The notes: generated by a model not told the origin, from the letters alone. Numbered from the stretch's first letter, positions 1 to 10,923 are shown. The stretch: 64,000 nt of DNA from Patescibacteria group bacterium (GCA_040387855.1 JAZKCY010000001.1:25334-89333), one strand, 5' to 3'. Numbers and translations: made by a program.

Positions 1-36
1 TATGAAGCATATTTTTATTTTGTTAATTTTTGCGAC

Positions 37-71
37 AAAAAACCCCGTATCATATGATACAGGGTTATTTG
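37..71 (-). terminator. Hairpin terminator downstream of rpsT
   Basis: Imperfect inverted repeat ACCCCGTATCA/TGATACAGGGT flanked by A/T tracts. Confidence 0.5.
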
Positions 72-72
72 T

Positions 73-342
73 TTATTTTGCTGATGCTTTTTTGATAAGC
101 TTTGAAAGTCGTGACTTCTTTCGGCTCGCTGCATTCTTCTTAATGAGATTTGTTTTAGCAGCCTTGTCGATAGCTTGATAAGCTTGAGCAAGAAGAGTCA
201 TCGCCTCCTTAGTGTTCTTGTCAGTAACGAATTTTTTAATCTTCTTTACAACAGAACCCATAGCATCCTTTCGGCGTTGGTTATATACTCGCTTTGTTTT
301 TGAAGCTCGTAGCGCCTTTTTTGCTGATGATGTAATTGGCAT
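73..342 (-). CDS. rpsT: 30S ribosomal protein S20
   Basis: MPITSSAKKALR N-terminus and IDKAAKTNLIKKNAASRKKSRL C-terminal S20 motif. Confidence 0.97.
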   Translation of the reverse strand: MPITSSAKKALRASKTKRVYNQRRKDAMGSVVKKIKKFVTDKNTKEAMTLLAQAYQAIDKAAKTNLIKKNAASRKKSRLSKLIKKASAK

Positions 343-414
343 AGGCCAGATAATACCTTATATATATAGAAAAGGCAAGAAGAGTGGTTTATCTCCACAT
401 GCTATACTATTTCC

Positions 415-993
415 ATGATTGCCCGACTTACTGGAACAATAGTCCATGCCGATACACGCTTTATGATTCTTGACGTTAATGGCGTAGGATATAAGGTTTT
501 TACAACTACAGGGATATTAGAAAAAAACCTTACGGATAGCGTTACATTTTGGACCCATTTGGCAGTGCGCGAAGATGCACTTGATCTCTATGGCTTCCCT
601 ACACGAGATGAATTAGAGTTCTTTCAACTACTTATTACTGTAAACGGTATTGGCCCAAAAAGTGCATTGGGAATATTAAACATGGCAAGTGTTGCTACTA
701 TTCGCCAAGCAATTCTCACAGAAGATCCAGCGTATCTCACAAAAGTTTCAAGTATTAGTAAAAAGAATGCTGAAAAAATTGTGCTCGAGCTTAAAGGTAA
801 ACTTGCTGATATCTTTACAGAAGGAGCTGAAGAAGTTCCTCAGAGTCATGAATCTGATGCTCTTGAGGCACTTAAATCACTTGGCTACCAAGAACGAGAT
901 GCTCGAGATGCACTCAAAAAAGTCCCCAAAGAAATTACCGATACGGCAGAATGCATTCGTCACGCATTAAAAGCACTTTCTACAAGCAAATAA
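415..993 (+). CDS. ruvA: Holliday junction branch migration protein RuvA
   Basis: DVNGVGYKV, REDALDLYGF, HhH motif VNGIGPKSAL, C-terminal ALEALKSLGY. Confidence 0.97.
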   Translation: MIARLTGTIVHADTRFMILDVNGVGYKVFTTTGILEKNLTDSVTFWTHLAVREDALDLYGFPTRDELEFFQLLITVNGIGPKSALGILNMASVATIRQAILTEDPAYLTKVSSISKKNAEKIVLELKGKLADIFTEGAEEVPQSHESDALEALKSLGYQERDARDALKKVPKEITDTAECIRHALKALSTSK

Positions 994-1012
994 AAAGCTT
1001 ATTATAGAGCAT

Positions 1013-2308
1013 ATGGACATTATCCTCAGAGCGGCACGAAAACTTATCCCTAACGGTATTTTTGAAACATTTCAACCGGCATATCACTATACATGGGCTG
1101 TATATAGTGCTATGCGATATCGCTACCCTTCTCGTCATATCAATGTAATTGCTATTACTGGCACAAAAGGTAAGTCGAGTACAACAGAGATAGTGAATGC
1201 AATTTTAGAAGGCGCTGGTAAAAAAACTGCAGTTGCAGGGACTATTCGGTTTAAAGTTGGTGACAAATCATGGTCAAACAACTACAAAATGAGCGTGCCT
1301 GGACGTGGATTTATTCAAAAATTCCTACGGCAAGCAGTGGACGCAGGATGCGAATACGCAGTATTAGAAATGACCTCAGGAGCGGTACTTCAGTATAGAC
1401 ATCGATTTATAGATTTCGATTCACTTATCTTTTTAAATATTTCTCCAGAGCACATTGAGCAGCATGGAAGTTTTGAAAACTATTTAGCAGCAAAGCTTGA
1501 ATTGGCAAAAGCTTTAGAGCAATCCAAAAAAACACGTAAAATAATCATCGCAAATAAAGATGATGCTGAACACCACAAGTTCTTGGATATAGATGTACCA
1601 GAGAAATATACATTTGGGCTCAAAGATGCTGAACCCTATCAGCTCGATCAATTTGGACTCTATATGACATATAAAGGCCGCAATATGCGTACGCATCTTC
1701 AAGGCACCTTCAATATTTCTAATATATTAGCAGCCCTTACCTACGCTTCTACTCAAGAAATTAGTCCTGAAACAGCACAAAAAGGATTACATAATCTCAC
1801 GGGTATCTTAGGACGTGTACAAAAAATTACTCTGCCTGAAGACCATGCTCATGCAGCAAAACAAAAGTTTAATGTAGTTGTCGATTATGCACATACCGTA
1901 GATTCACTTCAAAAAGTTTATACTGTATTTAAAGATTCTAGAAAGATTTGTGTGATTGGAAATACAGGAGGAGGCCGAGACACTTGGAAGCGACCTGAAA
2001 TGGCACGTGTAGCAAACGAACACTGCTCACATATTATCCTTACCAATGAAGACCCTTATGATGAAGATCCTCAAGCTATTGTTGATCAGATGATTCCTGG
2101 GATCTCTTCTACCCCATTTGAGATTATTATGGATCGCCGAGAAGCAATTCATAAAGCAATATCTCTTGCTCATAAAGGTGACTCAGTAATTATTACGGGA
2201 AAAGGAACTGATCCATATATTATGGAAGCCAATGGTAAGAAGACTAAATGGAGTGATGCAAAAGTTGCTCAGGAAGAATTGGAAAAAGTACTTATGGAGC
2301 GAATCTAA
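1013..2308 (+). CDS. murE: MurE-type UDP-MurNAc-peptide ligase
   Basis: ITGTKGKSST P-loop, VVDYAHT, GGGRD, ITGKG; lacks the usual N-terminal domain; DNPR motif reads EDPY. Confidence 0.85.
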   Translation: MDIILRAARKLIPNGIFETFQPAYHYTWAVYSAMRYRYPSRHINVIAITGTKGKSSTTEIVNAILEGAGKKTAVAGTIRFKVGDKSWSNNYKMSVPGRGFIQKFLRQAVDAGCEYAVLEMTSGAVLQYRHRFIDFDSLIFLNISPEHIEQHGSFENYLAAKLELAKALEQSKKTRKIIIANKDDAEHHKFLDIDVPEKYTFGLKDAEPYQLDQFGLYMTYKGRNMRTHLQGTFNISNILAALTYASTQEISPETAQKGLHNLTGILGRVQKITLPEDHAHAAKQKFNVVVDYAHTVDSLQKVYTVFKDSRKICVIGNTGGGRDTWKRPEMARVANEHCSHIILTNEDPYDEDPQAIVDQMIPGISSTPFEIIMDRREAIHKAISLAHKGDSVIITGKGTDPYIMEANGKKTKWSDAKVAQEELEKVLMERI

Positions 2309-2320
2309 TATATAGTTAGA

Positions 2321-3499
2321 TTAGAACAATTCATTAAGTTTTGCACGAGTCATTGGCCCTACTAAGCCATTTTGTGGAATTTTATATTTCTTTTGAAATG
2401 CCTTTACGCCTGTTTCTGTGCATGGACCGAAAGTCCCCGTACTACCACATGAGTATACTCCAGAATTTGTAAGCGCAGTTTGAAGTGCTGAGACATCAGA
2501 TCCACTACTTCCTTTCTTTAAATCCTTCTTCCATGAATATGCGAATGTTGTTTTAGCTGGAGTTGAAATAGTGATTGGCTTTGCTGTGGCAGCCTGTCCA
2601 GTAGCATAGACATCACGATCGCCAAAGAATCTATGCACACCTAAGAATGTTTGCTGAGCTAAATCTTTTGCTACTTGTTCTTGAATAGCTAAATTTCTGT
2701 ACTGAGGTTCATAAATATAACCATACTCAATAAGCGCAACAGCACTCTTTACCGTATCACGTGCTCCAATTGCAATAAGATCCTGATCCTCAACAACGCC
2801 TCGTGATTCACCAGGCAATGTACTTACACTATTCTTAAGAAGAAGCTCTCTCAAAACTGATTCTCCCAATACTGCACTTGTTCGGGCATTTGAGTACTGA
2901 CTTTCAGGAATATACACAGCAATACCAGTATAATCCCCTACTTGGCCCCATGGTCGTCCTCCATGATCATTAATATGAAGATGAAGTGTTATATCAACAT
3001 CATTTTCATTTGCCCATTTATTAATTCCATACAACCGAAGTGCGACTTCAGGACGAGCATCATTATGAGGAACATTTTCTGTTGTTTTTATTTCACCAGC
3101 AGAGATTTTTTGCTGATGGGCAGCTTTACTTGTTGTTATGAAATCCTGAATTTGCTGTCTATTATCTGTGAAGTAGTTTTTAAATGTTGGAGTATATCCC
3201 ATCTGTGTACGCGTAATCTGCACATCTAGTCGTGGATCATTTTTTAAGTAGTCATACAAATACTGTCCAATAGCTACGACAACATCTGCTTCACGAACAT
3301 CACCAAATTCAGTACCCCAATATTCATCATCATGTCCTGGCACAATAAGAATTTTTACTTTCTCACCAGTTTTTGTTGCTGTCTTATATTCATTTATTAG
3401 TTCTAATGGTGTTACGGCATAAGCATTTGAAGCACATCCAAGAATAAAAATCAGACTACTTATACTAAAGATAAAATATTTTAAGCTTTTCTTTTTCAT
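2321..3499 (-). CDS. Secreted N-acetylmuramoyl-L-alanine amidase (Amidase_3-like) with C-terminal peptidoglycan-binding domain
   Basis: Signal peptide; ILIVPGH...E, LHLHIND and LIEYGY zinc/catalytic motifs; C-terminal LKKGSSGSDVSALQ...VKAFQ...GLVGPMTRAKLN PG_binding_1 pattern. Confidence 0.85.
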   Translation of the reverse strand: MKKKSLKYFIFSISSLIFILGCASNAYAVTPLELINEYKTATKTGEKVKILIVPGHDDEYWGTEFGDVREADVVVAIGQYLYDYLKNDPRLDVQITRTQMGYTPTFKNYFTDNRQQIQDFITTSKAAHQQKISAGEIKTTENVPHNDARPEVALRLYGINKWANENDVDITLHLHINDHGGRPWGQVGDYTGIAVYIPESQYSNARTSAVLGESVLRELLLKNSVSTLPGESRGVVEDQDLIAIGARDTVKSAVALIEYGYIYEPQYRNLAIQEQVAKDLAQQTFLGVHRFFGDRDVYATGQAATAKPITISTPAKTTFAYSWKKDLKKGSSGSDVSALQTALTNSGVYSCGSTGTFGPCTETGVKAFQKKYKIPQNGLVGPMTRAKLNELF

Positions 3500-3520
3500 A
3501 CGTCTGTATAGTATATACCT

Positions 3521-4435
3521 ATGCCCGAATTACCTGAAGTCCAAACTACTGTTGATGGGATCAATGACGTTGTAAAAGGCCTTACTATTACCGATGTTTG
3601 GACTGATTACAATAGCTTATTTCATGCCGGAAAGGATAATATCAAGAATCCTGAGTATTTTTCACAGTTTAAGAAAGATGTGGTTGGGTCAAAAATTAAA
3701 AATGCCTCACGTGTAGGTAAAAATGTACTCATTCATTTATCGAATAAAAAAACTATTTTGACCCACATGAAAATGACTGGGCACTATATGTATGGGAAAT
3801 ATGTATATAGAGATAAAATCTGGCAACCAGAAGCTCAAGACGGCCCGCTACGAGATCCATTTAACCGACATATTCACTTGGTCTTTAGCCTGTCCGATGG
3901 CAAACATCTTGCATTTTCAGACCTTCGAAAGTTTGCCAAAGTGTTCATCTTTGATACTGAAAACGAAAAAACTATTGAAGATCTGATGGGTATTGGGCCT
4001 GATCCCCTCGACTCTAGTTTTAGCTATGAAGTTTTCAAGAGCCAGCTTCTAAAACGCCCCACATGGAAAATAAAACTTGCCCTCATGAGTCAGGAACTTA
4101 TTGCTGGTATTGGAAATATTTATTCTGATGAGATGCTCTGGGAATCAGATATCCATCCAGAATCTCATGTGGGTAAAATTCCTGAAAAGAATTTCAAAAA
4201 AATGTTTAGTGTTACTACTCCTCTCCTGCAACGTGGTATCGATTTTGGTGGTGACTCAGATTCAGATTACCGCAACATACATGGTGAATCTGGGAATTTT
4301 CAAAATAAACATCATGCATATCGTCGCACGGGAGAAGCTTGTGATAAAAAAGGTTGTAATGGCACAATAGCCCGCCTCAAAATGGGTGGCCGCAGTGCTC
4401 ACTTTTGTGATATTCATCAAGTAAGATTTACCTAG
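3521..4435 (+). CDS. mutM: Formamidopyrimidine-DNA glycosylase
   Basis: MPELPEV N-terminus, HMKMTG, AGIGNIYSDE H2TH, C-terminal zinc finger. Confidence 0.97.
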   Translation: MPELPEVQTTVDGINDVVKGLTITDVWTDYNSLFHAGKDNIKNPEYFSQFKKDVVGSKIKNASRVGKNVLIHLSNKKTILTHMKMTGHYMYGKYVYRDKIWQPEAQDGPLRDPFNRHIHLVFSLSDGKHLAFSDLRKFAKVFIFDTENEKTIEDLMGIGPDPLDSSFSYEVFKSQLLKRPTWKIKLALMSQELIAGIGNIYSDEMLWESDIHPESHVGKIPEKNFKKMFSVTTPLLQRGIDFGGDSDSDYRNIHGESGNFQNKHHAYRRTGEACDKKGCNGTIARLKMGGRSAHFCDIHQVRFT

Positions 4436-4929
4436 ATATTAAGCATTCTAAAGAGTGCAATACCAAGCGACACTCCCACGTTAAGAGACTCTTTCTTCCC
4501 TTTCATTGGGATTTCCGCAATAACATCACAGCGACTTAACAGTGAAGCAGGAATTCCTTCTACTTCATTCCCCACTATAAAAAGAACGGGCTGCTTTACC
4601 TTTACTTTCTTATAATCTTGAGCTTTTTTGTCTTGTTCTATTCCTATAATTTGTATTGGTTCCAAAAGAGTCTCAAGTTTTTTTAGTACAAATCCTGGAG
4701 TTTTAAAATACTCCCATTCTACAGAAAGCTCCCCGCCAAGAGACACTTTTGATAATTCTTTTACTTCTCTCCCAAAACGATCTACCGGAGTTGGTGTATA
4801 TCCTGTGAGAAAAATCTTTTTTATACCAGCTGCATCTGCAGTTCGAAAAATAGAGCCAACATTATGAACACTCCTAATGTTATGAAGTAATAGATAACTG
4901 CTTTTTAATGGATTATTAGCTTTTGTCAT
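4432..4929 (-). CDS. TrmH/SpoU family RNA 2'-O-methyltransferase
   Basis: NIRSVHNVGSIFRTADA, VGNEVEG, IPMKGKKESLNV SPOUT motifs. Confidence 0.92.
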   Translation of the reverse strand: MTKANNPLKSSYLLLHNIRSVHNVGSIFRTADAAGIKKIFLTGYTPTPVDRFGREVKELSKVSLGGELSVEWEYFKTPGFVLKKLETLLEPIQIIGIEQDKKAQDYKKVKVKQPVLFIVGNEVEGIPASLLSRCDVIAEIPMKGKKESLNVGVSLGIALFRMLNI

Positions 4930-5028
4930 ATTTAGATAGATTTATAGGGACAATACTACGCAATATTAGACTTTTTGCAAAAAATAAGCTATATTTTTTG
5001 GTACCGCCTTGAGCGATCTCAAGGAAAT

Positions 5029-5101
5029 CCGGCCATAGCTCAGTTGGTAGAGCACCTGCCTTTTAAGCAGAGGGTCGTTGGTTCGATTCCAACTGGCCGG
5101 A
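5029..5101 (+). tRNA. tRNA-Lys(UUU)
   Basis: Acceptor CCGGCCA/TGGCCGG, D-arm AGCTCAGTTGGTAGAGC, anticodon loop CTTTTAA, T-arm GTTGG-TTCGATT-CCAAC; no encoded CCA. Confidence 0.95.
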
Positions 5102-5105
5102 CACG

Positions 5106-5138
5106 AAAAAAGCCACATACATAGATATGTGGCTTTTT
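5106..5138. terminator. Bidirectional intrinsic terminator
   Basis: AAAAAGCCACATA...TATGTGGCTTTTT between the convergent tRNA and large ORF. Confidence 0.7.
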
Positions 5139-5153
5139 GTTGGATTGTGAGAT

Positions 5154-8150
5154 TTAAATACTTGTGAAGTTTAACTTTGTCTTAAACTGCTGTACCGCAG
5201 CCGCACCTGTATACTGATTTCGCCAATTATCTTTTGATTGATTTCGAGCTTCTGTGATGAATGCATCAAAGTTTGATGAAACATCTGGAGCAACAGTAAT
5301 TGGTACATTTATAGAACCGTCAGGATATGTGAGCACACTACTTCGTTTTACCAGCCCTGAAAAATAATTCTTTCGTAGTACTACTGGATCTGCAGCATAT
5401 TGATTTAATGCAGTAAGACCAAAGCGATTAATATCAATAGCTACGGGCCAGCTATATACAATGTTTCTTTCATAGACAAGATTGTGAATACCAATAGCGT
5501 CAGCTTGATAGGTACCAGTTCCTGTTTCCATAAGAATTGCTGGAAACTGAGTTGTAGTATTGAATGCAATTATGTTATCAGAGATTGTTGCAGCCTTAAC
5601 GTTTGCTACCTGAAGTCCAATACCTCGATCATGGGTAGATGCACCTGAGTTTTCAATTTGAAGGTTGCCTATCATTACGTTGTTCTTCACCCTCCCCGTA
5701 ATACCTCCCGGATGTGGTCGCCCACCACCATTCACAAGACCAAATGACATATGAATAGGATTTTTATAGAAGAAGTTGTTCTCTGATACTCCCCCACTTC
5801 GCAATTGCAATCCGTGACTTCCTGAACGAGAAATAATGTTATTTCGTACTGTAACGTTCCAGTTTATACCATGGATATATGCATTGTGAGTAAAGTTTGA
5901 ACCATTTCCTCCAAACATATCTCTTCCGTTATTATCTAAAACGTTTTCTTCGATAAGCAATCCATCAGATCCATAACTATAGATTCCCTGGGCATAATCT
6001 GTACTTGCCATATCAGGATTGAAGTTATCGACAATTACAGATCTTCGAACTGTTAGATTTTTTACGACCTGCGGCTTTGTCTGTGAACTAAAATCACCAG
6101 TAGCTGAGAATGATATACCCTTAAAGAATTGATGAACCTTTAGATCTTCGTAAAGAAGATTCCCTCCACCAAATGATCCCTCATTGTTGATTCCTGTTCC
6201 ATCATATTTACTTCCTCTAAACTCAATACTTACGATAGCGAGATTTTTAGTTCCAAGGCCGAGTCGTAATCCATCCCCACTTGGAGGAGCAATAATTGGT
6301 CGTGGGCCTGAACCATACGCAGCAATTACCATTTTATCTGAATTTGATCTTCCCGATATACCAACGGAACTAGCATGTGGGCCGGTGTAATTTTTTAACG
6401 ATTCAGGAAATGTATCTCCACGTTTTAATAAAATCTGATCAGGATACCCACTTCGTACCATCGTAAAAGCTTTAGTCACAGTTTGTACTGGGCTGCCAAT
6501 TGTTCCATCATTTGCGTTATTACCTGAATTTGCTACGTAAATTACTTTTGAATCAAGCTTTGGAGAAATATCTGTATATCCACTGACAACTGGTGGAGTA
6601 GGTATAGTTGGAGGAGTAACTGGTGGAGTCACAGGTGGAGGTGGTGGCACAACAACTACAATTAATGACGATTTTACCGCAGTTCCTCCTGGGCCGGTAC
6701 AAGTAAGTGTATACGTATTATTTGATGAAATACCTGCGATAGTTTGAGAACCTGATACAGACTTTGTTCCCGTCCATCCACCTGATGCTATACATGAAGT
6801 TGCATTAGTTGAAGACCATGTAATAGTTGCAGCGCCTCCAGTAGTAACACTTGTAGGAGTACTTAGATATACTGAAGGAGCTTCAGCAACAATTGGAGCT
6901 GTTACTACAAATCGAATAGTTTGAGGTGTTCCAGCTACGAGTACTCCGCTACTTGATTTAGAAAATGGAATCATCTTTAGAGTATGACTACCGATACTTG
7001 GAGTCCATTGATTTGGCATTCCACCTGTATCACCTGCCATAAAGAACGGCCGAGATCCTTGATATCCAAATTTTGTTACCCCATCTAAATCAAATTGCAC
7101 AGCAACTGTATTATCTGGAGCTAATGCCAAAATATTTAATTTATTTGTTGGAAGTAGTGATACATCAAAAGCAGCACCATCAGGTAATGGATTAAAGCCA
7201 CTAATAGGAGTACTCATTTGTGCATTATACAAAACTGCAGATTGAATTGTAGCAACGGGAGTTGGAGGCGGTGGCGGAGGTAATGGAGCGGGTTCAATTG
7301 TAAATCGCATTACTGATGACTTACCAGGTACAAAAATACCATTTGATTCTTTATATGGCGTTATAGTAACAGTGTGCGCTCCAGGAGTTGGATTCCAATT
7401 TGCATAATCCCCACTAGCATCTCCCATAAGACTATATGGTGCCACAGATTCTGTTCTATAATTTATCTGACTATCATATCCAAACTGGACTTTGGCTAAT
7501 TTTTCGCCATTTGCTGGTTCTACAGTCAGTGTAAATGTTTTTGTCTTAAGATCAGCAAGCTTAATCACTTCTCCATCTCGAATTATTGTATACCCGGAAA
7601 TCTTAGTATTTGTTGTTGTATTAACAAGTGATGCAGTAGTGATTTGCGTAGGTGGTACAACATCTATAACAGTAAACTGTATTGATCGTGATGTACCTTG
7701 AACTCCTTGAGCATTCGCTTTTGTAAATGGAGTTGCTTTTACTACATGTTTACCAACTGGAGGAGTCCAGGGTAAATAACCTTCTGTCTCACCTCCCCCA
7801 GTTAAAGAATATGCAGGAAGTGCTTCTGTTTGATAATTTTGATTACCATCAAGAGCAAATCTCACACTTCCAGTAACTGCAGGATTTGTATTCGCACGCA
7901 TACTAAGATTTTTTGTTGGCAACGTAGCAAGATTCAACACAGCACCATCTGCCATATTTTCGTAGCCGGCCACAGGCTTGCTTGTATCTGCATTAATAAG
8001 CGTAAAGCTGACGACATTTGGAGATGAGGCTGTTCCGATTGTTAGAGCACTTTGTGAAGTCGAGTTTTGTTGTATGAGTGTCCCGGTAACAATGAAGCTA
8101 CCTGCGAGGACTAATGTAGTCAATGCAAAGAGTGATACTTTTTTTAACAC
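5154..8150 (-). CDS. Large surface protein: N-terminal anchor, three ~120-aa beta-rich repeats, Ig-like domain, Pro-rich linker, C-terminal right-handed beta-helix module
   Basis: Hydrophobic N-terminus; repeats of xSFTLINADT...PTKNL...PYSL.G...WTP.VG.H; TITWSSTNATSC Ig-like unit; YVANSGNNANDGT...LLKRGDTF start and Asn-ladder V.NN repeats. Confidence 0.8.
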   Translation of the reverse strand: MLKKVSLFALTTLVLAGSFIVTGTLIQQNSTSQSALTIGTASSPNVVSFTLINADTSKPVAGYENMADGAVLNLATLPTKNLSMRANTNPAVTGSVRFALDGNQNYQTEALPAYSLTGGGETEGYLPWTPPVGKHVVKATPFTKANAQGVQGTSRSIQFTVIDVVPPTQITTASLVNTTTNTKISGYTIIRDGEVIKLADLKTKTFTLTVEPANGEKLAKVQFGYDSQINYRTESVAPYSLMGDASGDYANWNPTPGAHTVTITPYKESNGIFVPGKSSVMRFTIEPAPLPPPPPPTPVATIQSAVLYNAQMSTPISGFNPLPDGAAFDVSLLPTNKLNILALAPDNTVAVQFDLDGVTKFGYQGSRPFFMAGDTGGMPNQWTPSIGSHTLKMIPFSKSSSGVLVAGTPQTIRFVVTAPIVAEAPSVYLSTPTSVTTGGAATITWSSTNATSCIASGGWTGTKSVSGSQTIAGISSNNTYTLTCTGPGGTAVKSSLIVVVVPPPPPVTPPVTPPTIPTPPVVSGYTDISPKLDSKVIYVANSGNNANDGTIGSPVQTVTKAFTMVRSGYPDQILLKRGDTFPESLKNYTGPHASSVGISGRSNSDKMVIAAYGSGPRPIIAPPSGDGLRLGLGTKNLAIVSIEFRGSKYDGTGINNEGSFGGGNLLYEDLKVHQFFKGISFSATGDFSSQTKPQVVKNLTVRRSVIVDNFNPDMASTDYAQGIYSYGSDGLLIEENVLDNNGRDMFGGNGSNFTHNAYIHGINWNVTVRNNIISRSGSHGLQLRSGGVSENNFFYKNPIHMSFGLVNGGGRPHPGGITGRVKNNVMIGNLQIENSGASTHDRGIGLQVANVKAATISDNIIAFNTTTQFPAILMETGTGTYQADAIGIHNLVYERNIVYSWPVAIDINRFGLTALNQYAADPVVLRKNYFSGLVKRSSVLTYPDGSINVPITVAPDVSSNFDAFITEARNQSKDNWRNQYTGAAAVQQFKTKLNFTSI

Positions 8151-8226
8151 AGTCAGTAATTTGTTACGTACTAATAATTTATGTAGTAATTATAATACGA
8201 ATTCAACAGTTAACCAACGTAGAACA

Positions 8227-10923
8227 TTAAAAGTTCAACCGAGTTTTTACATAATTATTTGCTGCTTGAGCAGTAAACTGATCTTGCCAATTATCTTTTG
8301 ATTGATTTCGAGCACCGGCGATGAACGCATCAAAGTTTGCTGAAATATCTGGTGAAACAGTTATTGGAGGATTTACTGTCCCTGTTGGGAAACTAAAAAT
8401 AGGGCTACTTTCCACCAAACCTGAAATATAGTTGTTTCTAAATACCACATTACTTGCTGAGTTTTTAGCTGTTCCACCTACGCTTAAGATGTAGCTATTT
8501 ATTTCTACCGCTTTTGGCCATGAGTAAATAATATTTCGTTCAAAGGTAACATTATGAAGACCTGAAGCATCTGCCTCGTAAGCCCCTCTTCCTGGTTCCA
8601 TAAGCAATGCAGTTCTATCAGTTGTATTAAATGCCATTATATTATTTGATATTGTGGCACTCTTAATATTTGCGAGAAGCATTGCCTGTCCTCGAGTTCC
8701 TGAATCAGTTCCATCTGGGACATCAATCTTTCTTGTTCCTATCATTACATTATTACTTACAGTCCCGGTTACTCCTCCACTCACCTGATATCCAGCACCG
8801 TGAACTAATCCAAATGACATATGGGTTGGATTTTTGTAGAAAAAGTTACCTTCTGCAATACCTCCACTTCGAAGCTGAAGGCCGTGACTTGCAGCATTTG
8901 AGCTAATGTTATTTCGGATAGTTACATTCCAATTGATAGCATTGATGTAGAGATTTTGATGGCGAGGAGTACCTCCCCAACCACTCGCATTTCGGCCGTT
9001 ATTATCAATTACTGAATCCTCAATAAGTAGGTTATCTACTCCATAGGTATAAATTCCAGTTGCTTCATTAGAATCTGCAGGATCAGGATTATAGTTATCT
9101 ATTACTACAGAGCGTCGAATAACAACGTTCTTCATTGTCTGAGTACTTGTGCGACTTGGTTTTGCTGTTGCTGAGAATGAAATTCCTTTACTGAATTTTT
9201 CGATTTTCACATCTTCAACAAGAATGTTTGATCCTCCTGTTGAAATACCTGTACTATCAATACCACGTTCTGAATACTTACCAATAAGATGGATCCCTAC
9301 AATTGCAAGATTGCTTGTATTGTTAACCAATCTAATTCCGGGGCCTGTTGTTGGAGAAATAATTGGTCGAGCGCCTGTACCATATGACGCAATCACAAAC
9401 TTCTCAGTATTTGAACGCCCAGAAATACTTCCAGATCCTGAAGTTACTCTCAAAGTAGTTGTCCATGTGTCACCTTTCTTAAGAAGAATCTGATCTGGGA
9501 ATCCACTTCTAACCATTCCTAATGCTTTTGTAAAACTTTGAACTGGAGATGTAATTGTCCCATCATTTGAATCACTTCCACTAGAATTCGATACATAGAT
9601 TACGCGTGAATCAAATTTTGGAGAAATGTTTGTATACCCACTTACAACAGGACTTGTTGGTGGTATTGGATCAGGAGTAACTACAGGTGGAGGTGTTGGT
9701 GTAACAGGATCAGGAATTGTAGGAGGTAGAGGAACCGTAACGGTTACAGAAACAGTTTTAGATGCTGTTCCCCCCGCTCCAGTACATACAATAGTAAATG
9801 TCTTACCTGTCGTTACGCCAGATACTGTTTCTGAACCTGATGTTGATTTTGTTCCAGACCAATCACCAGATGCTACACATGACGTTGCATTAGTTGAAGA
9901 CCAGGCAACAGTAACATTACTTCCACTTTCAACTGATACTGGGGCACTCAAAAATACTGTTGGAGCCTCAGGGATAACAACAGGTGGTAAAACGGGTGGT
10001 GGAGTAACTGGTGGTGTAACTGGCGGTGTAACTGGAGTAGTTGGTGGAGTTACAGGAGCAGGTGCAACCACTCTAAATGAGATAGTTCGTGGAACACTTG
10101 ATACAAAAACTGCCCCTGCCTGTGCATACTTAGTAATAGTAATAGTATGATTTCCTACTGCTGGAGTCCATGCATTTAAGACACCGTCACTATCCCCTGC
10201 TAATGAATACGGAGCATTTACTTCTGTTCGATAATTTATAACACCATTGTAATCAAACTGAACTTTTGCAATTGATTCACCTGCTGGTAGATTTAATTTA
10301 ATATTAAGATTTTTATTTGGAAGAGAATTTAAATTTATGATATCCCCATTCTTCATGGATGAAAATGCTGGATACACAATTTGCGTATTTGTATTTACTA
10401 AAGAGAGCGTAAAATCCTGAGATGGTGCGCTTACATCAATGATCGTAAACTGTAGAGTTTTAGCTGTTCCTGCTGATCCAGCACCTGATAATCCAGTATA
10501 TGGAGTAGCTTGCATAAGATGTTTACCAAGAGTTGGAGTCCATGCAGCATAATCTCCTGAAGCATCACCATACATAGCAAATGGTGATGTGTTTTCAAAA
10601 TTGACATATGATCCACTATCCATTGAAAATTTTACACTCTTTATATAAGTCCCACTTGTATTTGCTCTAATATTAAGATTTTTGGTAGGTAATGTTGCTA
10701 AGTTGAGCACTACACCATCGGAAATTACTTCATATCCTGGTACGGGATTATTCGTATCAGCATTTATGAGAGTAAAACTTGTCACGGCAGGTTTCTCAGT
10801 ACTGAAAAGACTTCCAATGGCAGCAGGCACAGACATTGGGTAATTAATAAGTGCTCCAGTGACTACAAAACTTCCAGCTAGGATCGCAACAGCAAGAACA
10901 GCGAGTAATGATTTTTTTAACAC
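8227..10923 (-). CDS. Paralogous large surface protein with two beta-rich repeats, Ig-like domain, Pro-rich linkers and beta-helix module
   Basis: Collinear similarity to 5154..8150; start placed at GTG 10923 (MLKK) by analogy with the paralogue, ORF track gives 10932. Confidence 0.8.
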   Translation of the reverse strand: MLKKSLLAVLAVAILAGSFVVTGALINYPMSVPAAIGSLFSTEKPAVTSFTLINADTNNPVPGYEVISDGVVLNLATLPTKNLNIRANTSGTYIKSVKFSMDSGSYVNFENTSPFAMYGDASGDYAAWTPTLGKHLMQATPYTGLSGAGSAGTAKTLQFTIIDVSAPSQDFTLSLVNTNTQIVYPAFSSMKNGDIINLNSLPNKNLNIKLNLPAGESIAKVQFDYNGVINYRTEVNAPYSLAGDSDGVLNAWTPAVGNHTITITKYAQAGAVFVSSVPRTISFRVVAPAPVTPPTTPVTPPVTPPVTPPPVLPPVVIPEAPTVFLSAPVSVESGSNVTVAWSSTNATSCVASGDWSGTKSTSGSETVSGVTTGKTFTIVCTGAGGTASKTVSVTVTVPLPPTIPDPVTPTPPPVVTPDPIPPTSPVVSGYTNISPKFDSRVIYVSNSSGSDSNDGTITSPVQSFTKALGMVRSGFPDQILLKKGDTWTTTLRVTSGSGSISGRSNTEKFVIASYGTGARPIISPTTGPGIRLVNNTSNLAIVGIHLIGKYSERGIDSTGISTGGSNILVEDVKIEKFSKGISFSATAKPSRTSTQTMKNVVIRRSVVIDNYNPDPADSNEATGIYTYGVDNLLIEDSVIDNNGRNASGWGGTPRHQNLYINAINWNVTIRNNISSNAASHGLQLRSGGIAEGNFFYKNPTHMSFGLVHGAGYQVSGGVTGTVSNNVMIGTRKIDVPDGTDSGTRGQAMLLANIKSATISNNIMAFNTTDRTALLMEPGRGAYEADASGLHNVTFERNIIYSWPKAVEINSYILSVGGTAKNSASNVVFRNNYISGLVESSPIFSFPTGTVNPPITVSPDISANFDAFIAGARNQSKDNWQDQFTAQAANNYVKTRLNF

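Noticed and set aside
9990-10070. 12-nt tandem repeats resembling an array
   Set aside because: They encode the VTPP Pro-rich linker; no spacers and no cas genes
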